Source of the DNA: Thraustochytrium aureum
Taxonomy: Eukaryota
DNA: 55,115 bases
Assembly: GCA_012862495.1 (NCBI GenBank)
Contig: BLSG01000365.1
Coordinates: 1 to 55,115 of the forward strand
Direction: 5' to 3'
In this document: positions 1 to 11,425 of the stretch, in pieces
Layout of the letters: the number at the start of each line of letters is the position of its first letter
Position numbering within the stretch: the stretch's first letter is position 1
Made by a program: the position numbers and the translations under genes
The notes under the pieces: generated by a model
The model's database searches: none
What the model saw: only the letters and a program-made list of their open reading frames with translations
Told to the model about the DNA's origin: nothing

Positions 1-359
1 GTACCACCATGGACCCTCAAGAAAATGATCTGTTCGAGCAGGGGGAGAGTACTGAAAACCGCCTCCTGCAGAGTGCGCGTCGAGCGAGGAACAGGCGCGC
101 ACTTCGTTGTCGCACCAGCAAGTTCCCGGCAATAACTCCCCGATGATGCCTGCTTTTGCCCGAGCCGTTGTTGCTGCGGGAGCGTGCAGGCTTCTTCTTC
201 TGCTGTGCATTCCCGCTTCTCGTGCTCGGCCAGCGCGCGCGATCGCCCAACAGCTCGGCAGTGGACCAGAAGCGGCGCGGCGCTTGAGCAGCTTGCGGCA
301 CGAGCTGCGCGAGCGAGGTTCGGCTGGGCGTTTGTTCGGGGTCGGTCAAGACAGAGCTC

Positions 360-1953
360 ATGTCGCCTGCACCAACGCTGCCGGCCTCTTCGCCAAAGCG
401 CGAGTACGACGCCTGCTTCCACCACCCAGTGGTCGAGTTTGCGAGGCACATCGCATCCCCACTGTCTGCAGGGCTCGCCATCATTGCGCTTCAAAAGGCG
501 TGGCAGATGCCACTTCTCGTCGATGTCATCTCTGCGCGTGGGCACCTGTGGCGCAAGCACATGCGCGACATGTTCTCCAAAGCCAAACAGCCATCAGAGT
601 CGCGAACGCAGCCGAGCAGCAAGCTTCGCCAGCCAATGCAACAGCAGCGGCGCGGGTTTTCGTCGATTGGGTGCACCCTGGGGAGCACTCCGACTCGAGC
701 GTGGGCGACCAGGGCGACAGCGAGTTCCGCTTCTGGAGCGCGATGGTCTGAGCGCCGCGGGCTGCATGTTGGCGTGATCTCTACTGAACCTCGCTTGAGC
801 CCGGCGGACCTGGAGGCTGTGCTTCAGGAAATGTACGTCCCAGATCACGTGCCGCTGGTTATGTCACACCTCGCAGATTTTCCGACCGTGCATGTGATGG
901 AAAACCTGCTGCATGCTCTGCACAATGCCTCAGGGATGCCTTGGTGGGCCACCATCGTCTGTTTCACTGCCGGACTTCGCATGTGCCTCGTCCCAGCCTA
1001 TGTAGGCCTCCTTCGCAACTCGACCAGGATGAAGGTCGCAGGCGGCGACATCATGCAGCTCAAGGCGGACTCCAAGCACCTCACCCGACTCGAGACCTCT
1101 GAGCGGCTCCTGGGCATTTTTGCAAAGCACAAGTGCTCCCCAATGCGTGACCTCGCGCTACCGCTAGCGCTGCCGCCGGTGATCCTTTCCACGTACTTTG
1201 CCTTGCACAACATCCTGCTCTCCGANNNNNNNNNNNNNNNNNNNNNNNNNNNNNNNNNNNNNNNNNNNNNNNNNNNNNNNNNNNNNNNNNNNNNNNNNNN
1301 NNNNNNNNNNNNNNNNNNNNNNNNNNNNNNNNNNNNNNNNNNNNNNNNNNNNNNNNNNNNNNNNNNNNNNNNNNNNNNNNNNNNNNNNNNNNNNNNNNNN
1401 NNNNNNNNNNNNNNNNNNNNNNNNNNNNNNNNNNNNNNNNNNNNNNNNNNNNNNNNNNNNNNNNNNNNNNNNNNNNNNNNNNNNNNNNNNNNNNNNNNNN
1501 NNNNNNNNNNNNNNNNNNNNNNNNNNNNNNNNNNNNNNNNNNNNNNNNNNNNNNNNCGCGGCTACGGACTCAACCTACCTGTTTCCCGTCCTGTCCAACT
1601 CATCCTGGCTGGTGCTGATGGAGGTCAGTGCTGGCATCTACTACCACTGGTGGACGTCAACGAGGGAGACGGTGCGCTTCATCTCGATCGTATCGATCCC
1701 GCTAGCGTTTGGCGTGCCGAGCGGAATACTGCTCTTCTGGACGGTCTCCAACGCGATCGCGCTCACTCGCGTGCGAGTTCTCCAGCTTGACAGTGTCCGT
1801 GACGCGCTTGCCATTCCGCGGGCCAGCGTGGTTCAAGCCCTGCCGTGGATCCCACAACCAACGCCGGTAAAAGGCAGCGAGTTTGTCACCAATTGGAAAA
1901 CGTCCGTCTTCGACCAGTCTCCCAAGTCGGCCGATGAGAGCCCCCAATCTTGA
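360..1953 (+). CDS. Mitochondrial inner-membrane insertase, OXA1/YidC family (spans N gap)
   Basis: LHNASGMPWWATIV..LR..LVP, FAKHKCSP, then after the gap DSTYLFPVL and PSGILLFWTVSN, all typical of Oxa1/Cox18/YidC. The frame changes across the gap 1226-1556; the start is uncertain. Confidence 0.85.
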
Positions 1954-2768
1954 TGGGCCAGAGTCGCACAGGTGCTGTAGAGCTCTTGCTCTGCTTGGGA
2001 CCTCACTAAAGCAAAGAAAAACTAACGAGGCCAGAGCTTCCGTTCAAGGAGTTGATGATCTTGGGCCGACGCCAAGTTCAGCGTCATCAACATAGCTCCG
2101 CTTGCGATTCCAGCGCGCATGGGCTGGAATTGGCCACTTGGGCGAGTGGCGACCTGCACGCGCGCTTTGGGGTTGCAATCCTTCCTGCCCAACTAAGCCG
2201 CACGTTCGATGAAGCACCGGATCACGTACGACCTAGAATCGTCGCAGACCTCCGACAGCGATGAGTTGAACGAAATGGCGCAGCACCACCAACTAGGGCG
2301 CCACCGAGGCTGCGCGCTGCTGTGGAGAAGACCTAGCTAGAGGCCGGCCCCACCTTTGGTCTGATAGTGTGGGTATTCCTTCGCCTTCAACGTGGCGGCT
2401 ACAAAGCTCAGCACGGGGCCGACTCTTGCCCAAATGGAAAACTGTGGCAAGCTAGGTAGGCGGGCTGTTTTGATTGAGTGATGCGGCGAGCATGGACTTG
2501 GTTGGGCCCGAGCCATCTGTCCACCCTCACGTCAAAGCGCTCTTCACTTGTGGTACTCCTTCTAGTAGAGTAGCGCTGCTGGTCACGTACTGTAATACCA
2601 CACTCGCCAAGAGATCCTGCAGCCTGCCCCAGCCACCAGCAGGCTCGTCTCTGGGCACGAAGGGAGCACCTGCCAGCGCGCGGCCCTTCCCCCCTGGGCG
2701 ACAGCAGAGCGAGCAGAAAGATATCTCGAGAGTACTTCGATGCCCAACGGCCCGTCCTCAAAGGGGGA

Positions 2769-4349
2769 ATGATCGACGAGTCTCCCGAGAGCGTAGGCCA
2801 GCGAGCGCTTCGAGCCCTGGCCGCGGCGGCGCCGCCGCGGCTCAGTCGCGCGCCCAACAGCGGGCACGGTTCATACCGGCAGTTTTTGGGCGAGGAGCGA
2901 AACGAGACGGACGGGGTGGCGGCTGACGCGCTTTCGGAGGAGCAGCTGGCGCGCCTGGAGGCTGCTGCTCAGGGAAATGCAAAGTGGGCGGCGCAACGCA
3001 AAGTGCTGCTTTTCGTCATGCTAGTGCTGCTGGTGCTGCTCGGCAGTGCAGAAACCATCACCTACACGGTGAACGGCAAGCACAACATGGTGCCGTACCG
3101 CTGCCTTTTGGACCAGCTCGTTGTCCTTGCCTGCATCGTTTTCTTCTTTTCTCTCGAGCTCGTAGAGCGGCGTCGCGCAGCTGGCGCCGAGCGGACAGGC
3201 AAGGCGCGCGCCGGCTCGCGCAGCAGAGCTGGAGACGACGCGTCTGAAGTCGATGACATTTTCGACGACGCAAGGTCTCTGCCAAGCGCGGGCGCTGGCG
3301 CAAACCGCTGGGACCCACTAATTGACCCGTACCGGGTCGAGCTCGAGGCGCAAGGCGACGATGACGGTTTCGCGAGCGATGGGTCAAGCGCTGCCTCCTT
3401 GGCCTTGCGAGAGCGCCACGACGGCACGCCGCGGCGATCGACGCGCAACAAGCCCCGGCTCCGCGACCTCGCGGCGCTGTTTTGCCTGATGGCGCTGTGC
3501 GACTCTGTCTCGCTATACGTCAACCTGTTGGCGAGCCATAACATTGGCGGGGCGCTGCGCCTCATTTTGCAGCAACTCTCCATCCCCCTCTCAATGCTCT
3601 TCTCCTTTGGGCTGCTTGGCCGCACCTTTTCGGGAAGGCACGTGGTTGGCGCACTCGTCGTCGTACTCGGGGTCATCATGTGCATGATAAACGTTCTGAA
3701 AGAGAGCCCCGGCCAAGAGTCTAGCCCGCTGTGGACGATCCTCTTCGGGTCGTCGTGCATTCCGCTCGCGCTTGGAGGCTGTCTGAAAGAGTGGGTTCTC
3801 TTAAACCGCTGGTGCAGCGCCAATCAGCTAAACGCCTTTGTCAGCGCGTTTCAGTTTGGAATTGGACTCGCCCTCCTGCCCTTGGGCATCCTCATCCAGA
3901 ACAAAGACATGGATGGGGTCCACATCAACAGCGACCAGATCCTCGACAACTTTTGGGCTGGCCTGCAATGTGGATGTCTCGGCATCACGCCGCTCGACGA
4001 GCATGGGTTGCCAAAGTATGGCCAGGCCAACTGTGAGCGGGCCCTCGCGAGCACCTGGATTTACGTCTTTACAGTGTGCAGCTTCAACTTGCTCATGCTT
4101 TGGGTGATCCGCGAGGGCACTGCGGTGCTTTTCTTCGTGGCGAATGGCGTAATGATCCCGCTTGTCAGTATCGTTGGGGCCGAACTTCTTACCGTGTGGC
4201 AGATCGTCGGGCTCTGTCTCACGGTTGGGGGCTGCATTTTCTTCGGCACAGCGATGATTCAGCGCAGTGAGCGGGACATGCACAAGGAGCTCGTGCAGTC
4301 GGCAGGGTCGGCAATGTCCCGGAGACCAAGACAGGCCGTTGCAGACTGA
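2769..4349 (+). CDS. CRT-like (chloroquine resistance transporter-like/CLT) DMT-superfamily transporter
   Basis: About 10 hydrophobic helices; LILQQLSIPLSM, SCIPLALGGCLKE, NAFVSAFQF, a Cys-containing loop GLQCGCLG...NCE, and FNLLMLWVIREGTA, matching CRT/CLT-family features. Confidence 0.8.
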   Translation: MIDESPESVGQRALRALAAAAPPRLSRAPNSGHGSYRQFLGEERNETDGVAADALSEEQLARLEAAAQGNAKWAAQRKVLLFVMLVLLVLLGSAETITYTVNGKHNMVPYRCLLDQLVVLACIVFFFSLELVERRRAAGAERTGKARAGSRSRAGDDASEVDDIFDDARSLPSAGAGANRWDPLIDPYRVELEAQGDDDGFASDGSSAASLALRERHDGTPRRSTRNKPRLRDLAALFCLMALCDSVSLYVNLLASHNIGGALRLILQQLSIPLSMLFSFGLLGRTFSGRHVVGALVVVLGVIMCMINVLKESPGQESSPLWTILFGSSCIPLALGGCLKEWVLLNRWCSANQLNAFVSAFQFGIGLALLPLGILIQNKDMDGVHINSDQILDNFWAGLQCGCLGITPLDEHGLPKYGQANCERALASTWIYVFTVCSFNLLMLWVIREGTAVLFFVANGVMIPLVSIVGAELLTVWQIVGLCLTVGGCIFFGTAMIQRSERDMHKELVQSAGSAMSRRPRQAVAD

Positions 4350-4551
4350 CGTGGTGTTATCAGGCAATTGCGGGATGCATCCAAGCTCTATCAGTCACGT
4401 GCTTTGCATTTCGCCTTGGCCACGCAGAGTACGAATCTGTGTATTCTGATCTGATTCCTACAATTTATTCCTCTCTCTCTCTCTCTCTCTCTCTGCTTCT
4501 CGACCAAACAGCCGTGCTCGCGTGCAACACGAACCACAACCAACGGGAACT

Positions 4552-6012
4552 CTACGAGAGATCCTTGGACCGCAAAGGCGAACAGGCGCCGTCGAGGGCC
4601 AAGACGTGCTCAATAACTCGCTGCCGCGAATCAGAAAACAGCAAGCCACCATGCGTGTGGTTATCCAGGTGCAGAACGTCGACGTGGCCCAGGTGGGCGC
4701 TTGCCGCGTGCAAGTCACGGATCTCGTTGACTGGCATGATATCGTCCAACTCACTGAGCACGATGAGGGCCTTGCAAGACTCGGGGATCTGCTCCAGGAA
4801 CAAAATGTTGTCGCGCCAGTTGAAGTGCCGCCGAATGTGGTTGTTGAAAAACATCTCGCTGCGCAGGAAATACTGAAACAGAACCTCCACGTGTGTGAGC
4901 GCCTCCTTGTAAACGATAGCACGCAGCGTTGTTGAGTGGTGCAGGAGAAACGGGGCCGGGTCCAGGAAGGCGAGGCTCTCGACAAGCTCTGGCGCGTTCT
5001 TCGTAATCCAACTCAGGCAAAACGTCCCGTACGAGTGTCCCACAAACGTCGCGCGGTCGATGCCCTCGCGCGCAAGCATGCATCGCACATCCTCCACAAA
5101 TTCGTGCGGCAAGAGCCTGTTTGGAAAAAGCTGTTGGGCCACGGCGGGAAGCTCAAGTGCGACAATGTCTCGCGGGTCGTCCGCCGGCAGAGCCTGAATG
5201 AGGTCGCGGAGCAACTGGGCATACGGAAGCACCCCGATCCCAATCCCGTGAATGATCACAAGCGGCGCCTTGCTCGGCAGCACCTTGCTTCTTCGAACCC
5301 AATAGTTGAAGCTGTGGGCTGCGCAGCGCGGGCCGAACCCCATCGACCGCAGCACAAGCGGGGCGACAACGCGCTGCACAAGCCCGTGCACAACCGCATA
5401 GTAAACGAGGGGGCGGTGCAGCGATTCGACCGGCTCGTGGTCAAACTTGTAGCACCGGATCTCGCCGTTGTGGCCCGCCCCAAGCTGCACACCGCAGCGC
5501 TCTTCAAACTGCTTTACATACGCGTCCATCTCGCGCCTCTCGTCCTCGTCAAGCTGCGAGCCTTCTTTGCCAAACATGCCCCAGCTCAGCCAGTCCTCGG
5601 CGTTACCGCGCTTAATCTTGTCCAGGTCAAAGTCACGAAGCCAGCGTGTGGCAAACTCGCGCGGGTTTGGGACGGTGTCCAAGCATCGCTGGAACAGGGC
5701 TTGGCGCTCCTCAGCCGTCGAGTCACGCAGCTCTTGCCCCAGCTTGGCTTGGCCGCGCGCTCTGACGACTGCGCACACAACCGCAAAGCCGGCCTCCGCG
5801 AGCATGCCCAAGTTGAGCAGGGTGAGCACCCGCGACCGTGAGTGACGCAGAAAGCGCTTGTGGTGGCCTGTCAAGTACATGAACGCTTTGAAAAGCAGCG
5901 TGGCGACGCTCACTGGGGCCACCAGCTTGAGGGCTTTCATCAGAACGGTGGCCAGTTTGGTGCCCTTCTCAAAGATTTGCATCACCTCGTCGCCCTCTGG
6001 CGCGGGCTCCAT
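4552..6012 (-). CDS. Alpha/beta hydrolase with N-terminal hydrophobic segments
   Basis: IHGIGIG oxyanion motif, GHSYG nucleophile elbow, ELDDIMP (Asp) and HTHGG (His). First ATG is at 6012. Confidence 0.85.
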   Translation of the reverse strand: MEPAPEGDEVMQIFEKGTKLATVLMKALKLVAPVSVATLLFKAFMYLTGHHKRFLRHSRSRVLTLLNLGMLAEAGFAVVCAVVRARGQAKLGQELRDSTAEERQALFQRCLDTVPNPREFATRWLRDFDLDKIKRGNAEDWLSWGMFGKEGSQLDEDERREMDAYVKQFEERCGVQLGAGHNGEIRCYKFDHEPVESLHRPLVYYAVVHGLVQRVVAPLVLRSMGFGPRCAAHSFNYWVRRSKVLPSKAPLVIIHGIGIGVLPYAQLLRDLIQALPADDPRDIVALELPAVAQQLFPNRLLPHEFVEDVRCMLAREGIDRATFVGHSYGTFCLSWITKNAPELVESLAFLDPAPFLLHHSTTLRAIVYKEALTHVEVLFQYFLRSEMFFNNHIRRHFNWRDNILFLEQIPESCKALIVLSELDDIMPVNEIRDLHAASAHLGHVDVLHLDNHTHGGLLFSDSRQRVIEHVLALDGACSPLRSKDLS

Positions 6013-6527
6013 CTTCGCCTGGGGTCCCCGTCTGCGCGTGCGCGGCCCCGACCCAACGCCAGAGTTGCCTGATGACTGCGGCTTTGGCGGCGAGCTTGTG
6101 CCTGGGAGCCGCTTGGTGGGCTGTCTGCGGATGCGTGTTTGTTCACCCTGTCGAGCTGCCAACCAACCACAGTCATCCCCTTTTTTCTTTGGTTTGTCTC
6201 ATCAGATCAGCTGCTTCAGCCCCACCCACCCTTTTTTTGGCGAACACACGGGCAAGAACCGAAGGCGCCGCATTCTTGGCGAGGCGTTGCAGAGCGACGA
6301 GCGGTGATTCACTTGTTTGCATTTTTTCTTCTGCTCGCTCGCTGAGCTTGCTTGGTGCTCGGCTGTCCGCCCGCGGCCTCGGGTGCAGGCCGCGTCAGTC
6401 AGTCAGGCCTACAAGCTCCAGCTCGCTCCGGCTCTCTCTCTCTAGCTCTCGCTAGCGCTACTCCTCTGCAGAGCTCGAGCTCCAGTAGTAGCTGTAGAGA
6501 GCTAGCTCGAGAGAGCTGCAGGCAGGC

Positions 6528-7952
6528 CTACACCAACGGCTCCCAGTGGCCCGCAAGCCTCGGCAAGTGGAGAAAGGCGTCTGTGCCATAGCCGTGCATG
6601 GACATGAGCTGCAAGTCTCCGCGAAAGTATCGCGCGTAGCCGCGCGAGATGGGCAGCCCGTACCCGAGGCCAAACAGCGGGTTTTCCTTGCCAAAGTCTT
6701 CGAGGTCCTCGAGATTGCCCGGAAAGACGCCGTGCGCAGTCGTGAAGAGGTACGAAAACACCTTGTTGGTAATAGACCGCGGGATCCCGCCCCCGAGGTC
6801 GCTGACGCGGATCACCACGTCCTCATTGGACTCGCCGTCCGCGATCACCACGCGCACGTCCGGCATGTTCGTGAGACCGTGCTGCTCCACAGTGGCCCGC
6901 ATCGAGTTTTTCAGCACCTCGAACAGGATGTAATAAAGGTGCGAAGGGATGTAAGGAAAGTGCAGGTCAACGCGGCCCAGCATGGCCACGTTGGGCGCAT
7001 CACCGAACGTGCGTTCGCACATGTAGCGGGCGTCCTCGGCGGCGTGCTGCACCACCTGCGCCGCAGAGGTCTTCATGCAGATGAGACCCACATAGTCGGG
7101 CGGCTGCTCGTTGTGCATCTCCAAGTAGTGCCCGATAAGAATACGGATCCCGATTCGCGACAGAAAGAACCGATCAAAGTAGCTATGCACCGTGGCCAGA
7201 TCGCTCAGATCCTGGCCCGCACCGAGCACCTGCTTGCCGTGCTCGCTGTTCTGAAACTCGTGCAGGCCCTTGGCAATCATCACAAGCGTGTCCTGGTGGC
7301 GCAAGTAAATGCCCTCCAAAACCTGCCGAAACATCTCGTTCCCGGCTTCGGTCTGTGTCAGGAGGTCTTCGTCGAACGAGACTACCTCCTCAAAGCTCTG
7401 GACGTACCAATCGCGGACGCTGCGGATCGACGGCATTTCGCCCAGCTGGTACGGCGCAAGCGCCAGCTCCCGCGCACGGTGGGCAAACCGGACCGGCAAC
7501 TCGCGACGCAAGAAAGAGGCAATCTGTTGCCGCGCGAGCCGCCCGCGCTCGACGGCATCAAGCTCCAGCGGCGATGTTGAAGTGTTGAGCTCAGGGGCAT
7601 ACGCCGCCATCCACTTGCTTTGACCCTCAGACGCGCGCAGCAGCTTGCCGGTCCCAGTGTCGATCAGCGTCCTCATTCCCACGGGCGTCTGAGACTTGTT
7701 CGCGTACTCGAGCAGAGAGCTGGAAGCTCCCGGTGCAGCGCCATGAACTCCGCGACACGCGCCAGGACCCGAGCAGCGCACGCGCTTGCGTGCGCCACGT
7801 GGCACGCGCGCCTCCGCACCAGCAATCTGGGCCGCGATTCGGCTGCCATCGCCGGCGCCGCCGCGGCCGCCGCCACCGCACCTGTGCGAGGGGCACGAGG
7901 GCTTGGTCAACAGCGCCTTGGCCACCGAGACCACCGTCGGCCTCGGCCCCAT
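6528..7952 (-). CDS. PDK: Mitochondrial pyruvate dehydrogenase kinase (PDK/BCKDK family)
   Basis: ELPVRFAHR, FFLSRIGIRIL, FEVLKNSMRAT (N box), SDLGGGIP (G1), GLGYGLPISRGYARYF (G2). Arg-rich presequence-like N-terminus from ATG 7952; the start is uncertain. Confidence 0.92.
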   Translation of the reverse strand: MGPRPTVVSVAKALLTKPSCPSHRCGGGGRGGAGDGSRIAAQIAGAEARVPRGARKRVRCSGPGACRGVHGAAPGASSSLLEYANKSQTPVGMRTLIDTGTGKLLRASEGQSKWMAAYAPELNTSTSPLELDAVERGRLARQQIASFLRRELPVRFAHRARELALAPYQLGEMPSIRSVRDWYVQSFEEVVSFDEDLLTQTEAGNEMFRQVLEGIYLRHQDTLVMIAKGLHEFQNSEHGKQVLGAGQDLSDLATVHSYFDRFFLSRIGIRILIGHYLEMHNEQPPDYVGLICMKTSAAQVVQHAAEDARYMCERTFGDAPNVAMLGRVDLHFPYIPSHLYYILFEVLKNSMRATVEQHGLTNMPDVRVVIADGESNEDVVIRVSDLGGGIPRSITNKVFSYLFTTAHGVFPGNLEDLEDFGKENPLFGLGYGLPISRGYARYFRGDLQLMSMHGYGTDAFLHLPRLAGHWEPLV

Positions 7953-8287
7953 CCCGAACGCAGCGCCAGCAAACGACAGCGAAAACCAGCACCAAGCAGC
8001 AGCGCGCCTTGACGCAGCGGGCGCGCGCACCCACCGCCGACTTGCAGCTCTGCAGCGACAGCCGCTCCTGGCTCGCTCGCGCAGGCGCTTGGGGAGGCCA
8101 ACCCTTTGCGTCGTTTGGCGAGCCAAGTAGAAGCGCCGACCGTCCATAGCAGCGGGATCATGGAGAACATTTGGCCGTCCCAGCCGCCTGCAGCTGTCTG
8201 CAGTCGCGCAACAGCGAGCGCGAGAGCAGGCAGAGCGGCCAGCGCATCGAGCAGCTTGCCTTGAAACGGACGAGGAGCGACAAAGTC

Positions 8288-8856
8288 ATGGCACAAGTAC
8301 AGCAGCAGCAGCAGCAGGCGCTCCTGCCGCTCGAGCTGATCGACAAGTGCATCGGGTCGCGGGTTTGGGTAATAATGAAGGTGAGTCAGCGAGCGAGCGA
8401 CGGAAGCCCGGCCCCTTGGTGCGGCAGGCTGCGCGGAAGGCCGGCGCTGCGCGCGCTGACGGCAGAGGTTGACGTGCCTGCGGTGGTCCGGAACAGGGCG
8501 ATAAGGAGCTTGTCGGCGTGCTTCGCGGTATCGACGAGTTTGTCAACATGGTCATGGAGGATGTCACCGAATAGTAAGTCCGGCATGGCTCCGTCACCCG
8601 ACATGCCGAGCAACTCGCTGTTGACACTGACGCTGTGGAGCGACTCTATTCACAGCGAGGTCACGCCGGAGGGCAAGAAGACCAACCACCTTAGTCAGAT
8701 CCTTTTGAACGGCAACAACATCGCTCTGGTAAGTTGCGGCCACGCTTCGCGTCGCTCGCCCATCGGGCTCGTAAAGGAAGGCTCGCTGACAAGCCGCCTC
8801 GCGTCGGCGGACGGGACTAGCTTGTTCCTGGCGGCGGCCCAGAGCAGGACGCGTAG
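8288..8856 (+). CDS. LSM5: U6 snRNA-associated Sm-like protein LSm5, 4 exons (8288-8380, 8497-8573, 8656-8728, 8821-8856)
   Basis: Splicing at GTGAGT/GTAAGT...AG with CTGAC branch points gives [81 protein letters not shown]. Confidence 0.96.
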
Positions 8857-8963
8857 CCAGCCATTCAATGTCAACCAACCGCTTATAGATCTTACTTTTT
8901 TGGGGGGATCCGGTACCCTACTTTGACCTACTCTACACAGGCCTCTTGGCCTACATGTAGTTA

Positions 8964-9042
8964 ACGGCACGGGCACGGCACGGGCACGGCACGCGCACGG
9001 CTCGGCACGGCACGGCACGCGCACGGCTCGGCACGGCACGGG
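8964..9042. repeat. GGCAC(G)-based simple tandem repeat between LSM5 and TRM6 3' ends
   Basis: Visible iterations of ggcacg/cggca/cggct. Confidence 0.8.
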
Positions 9043-9043
9043 G

Positions 9044-11024
9044 CTACGCTGAAGATGCCGGCTTGCCCCGCCCCTTCTCGCGCACAAAGATTCGCTGCTG
9101 CTGCTCCTTTGGGACAGGGATTATCCGCGTCCCTGACAACAGGTACCCGCCACGGCCGCTCATCGACATGGCCGGGTGCGTACGGCCTGGAAGGACCTGG
9201 TGGGCGCGCAGCCACGTCTCCGAGAGCCGAACGTTATGCGCCAAATCCTGCGTCTGCAAGCGGGCCTGGACGAGACAGTCCAGGCTTTCGGAATACACGA
9301 CAAAGGGCCGCCCTGGCGCCAGAAACGGCAAGAGCGCAGCGAGCGCCCTGCTTGGGTCATACTTGGACGTGATGATCAACGAGTCGCACCCGTTCTCCCG
9401 GAGGCTTGTGAACTGCGCACAACGCTGGATCATCTCGGCCTCCCGGCCACGGCCCTTCTTTTGCAGCGAAGACTTGACGCTGCGCATGACCTCGATCTCG
9501 GCCGCTAGCGCAGCCTTGCGCGGCTCGTCCTGCTCCGCCTCTAGCTTGCTCGTGTGCCATCCGAGCTGGTATTCCAGCAGACGCTGCTTGCAAGCGAGCA
9601 TGACGCCATACTCGTCGCCGCGGCGGCCCTCGACAAGAGCGGCGAGATCCACGCGCTCCACGAGAGCGTTGGCGCGCTCTCCAAGGTTGAAAAACTCGAG
9701 CATCTTCTCGTCGTCCTCCTGGTTGACAAATCCGGCAAACACCTTCCCCGTGTTTCCGAGACGCTCCAGAACCGATCCTAGCACAAGGCCTGCCATCGAC
9801 TCGAGCACAAGCACATGCGACCCGGCTTGCACATTGCCAAGGCCCATCACCTGCGGCAGCGTGTCAAAGGGGCGGAAGGTGCCGATCTTAAAGCTCGTCC
9901 CCAGCTCTTCGGCCCACTGTGTAAACGCGAGATGCCGTCGCGTCCAGTTTGGCGCGCAAACGTCAAACCGGTCAGCAATCCGAGTCCTTCAGAGCGCGCG
10001 GGCTTTCCTTCTCGCAAGTGCAATCACGTACCATGGTCTCCCCGATCGTCTGCGCGGTCGCGCGGACAACGCGGACCTTGCGGGAGAACTTGCGCGTCTT
10101 CTTCTCTTTGTACTTTTCCTTAGAGTACTCTGGGCGCTCTGCAAAGGTGGCGCTGTTCTCCGCGAGCCGGCCGACAAGCTCGCTCGTCTCCATGCCCCCG
10201 TCCACCATGGCTTTGATTTCTTCGGGGCCGAGCTTTTGGTTTGATGCTGACTGCGTGATGTGCTTGTTTGACTTTTGTTCTGCGCCACCAAACGCGTCTG
10301 CGCTGTCTGAGCCGGATGCCGAGTTGGCGCGGACGCAAGGGATCCCGAGGTCGCGCTCGAGCATCTCTAGACGCTCGAGAAGCTCTTGGCGTTGCTGCGC
10401 AAGCTCCTCAACGGACGACTGGTACACGCCGACTCGCCCGGCCTCGAGCCGAACCAACTCAAAGTAGGGCAGGTCGTCGCGTTCCTCCTCCTCCTCCGCC
10501 TCCGCCTCCTCGTCCTCGGCTGCAGCCGCTGCCGACACAGCATCCCCGTTTGCGGGTGGGCAGTCGCCGTCCTCAGCCGCGCGGTCGTCGGTTTCATCAA
10601 GGGCAGAGGTGGCGGCACCGTCGGCCTTTCTGGCACGCTTGCGCTCGTTCTTGGCCTCCTTTTTGGCTTGGCGCTTGCTGCGTTTGACGATGAGAGACTT
10701 TTCAAACTTCTCCCCATATCGGGACACGAATGAGGCGCTGCTCAGAGCGTCGCATTTGCCCTGGCTGTCCATGGCGACCATGTCAAAGCAGGTTCCGTAC
10801 GGCACTCCGACGAGGCCTCGCGTCAAGCACGGTACGGAGTTGAGCAGCAGAAACCTGCCGGCCTGCCCTCGTCAGCCCACCGGCCTCGTCGCCTCAGCCA
10901 GCAGTACACCGCAAGCAACTCACCCATCGAGCTTGGCCAGGGCCAGCTCTGACTCGCCGGCCTCGTTGATCACCACAACCCACTCGCCTTCGCGGACCAC
11001 CTCGCCGGCACCCGTCTCGCCCAT
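9044..11024 (-). CDS. TRM6: tRNA (adenine58-N1)-methyltransferase non-catalytic subunit Trm6/Gcd10, 3 exons (11024-10924, 10854-10032, 9916-9044)
   Basis: LVGVPYGTCF, QKLGPEEIKAM..NSATFAERPEYSKEKYKEKK, GNVQAGSHVLVLESMAGLVLGSVLERLG and ETWLRAHQVLPGRTHPAMSMSGRGGYLLSG. Two GT-AG introns join the frames. Confidence 0.93.
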
Positions 11025-11425
11025 CTCTGCCGCCTTTTGCAACCTGACGCGTGCGCGAGCTGCTGCCGCTGCTGCTGCCGCTGCTGCCGTGCCTGTGCCT
11101 GTGCCTGCCGACGCAGTGCCGAGGTGCGCTCAAAGTCCGTCTGCCTTTGCCTGCCTGGGGCGGTCGGTCCTGACGAGGAGGCCTCGCGGTCACCCGCGCG
11201 TCTCGTGGTCTTTCGTGAGCGCTTCCGCTGGCTGGTTGGCCCCGCCCGTGCGAGTTGCGCGATTCAGCGGGCTACCAGGAGGGCGGCGGTTCAATTCGCG
11301 CGCTGCACATCTTCCCAACAACAAGCGCTCCACTTCCACTTCCTCCTCGCCCAAGCAGACTCCATTGATGACCCCACTGCACACATTGGCAGCAAGTCGA
11401 AACTGCCTGCCAGTCGCCCAGCGCG

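Noticed and set aside
4936..10244. Long antisense ORFs (e.g. 4936-5841, 6546-7580, 9063-10244)
   Set aside because: Shadow ORFs expected opposite GC3-rich genes; no protein motifs.
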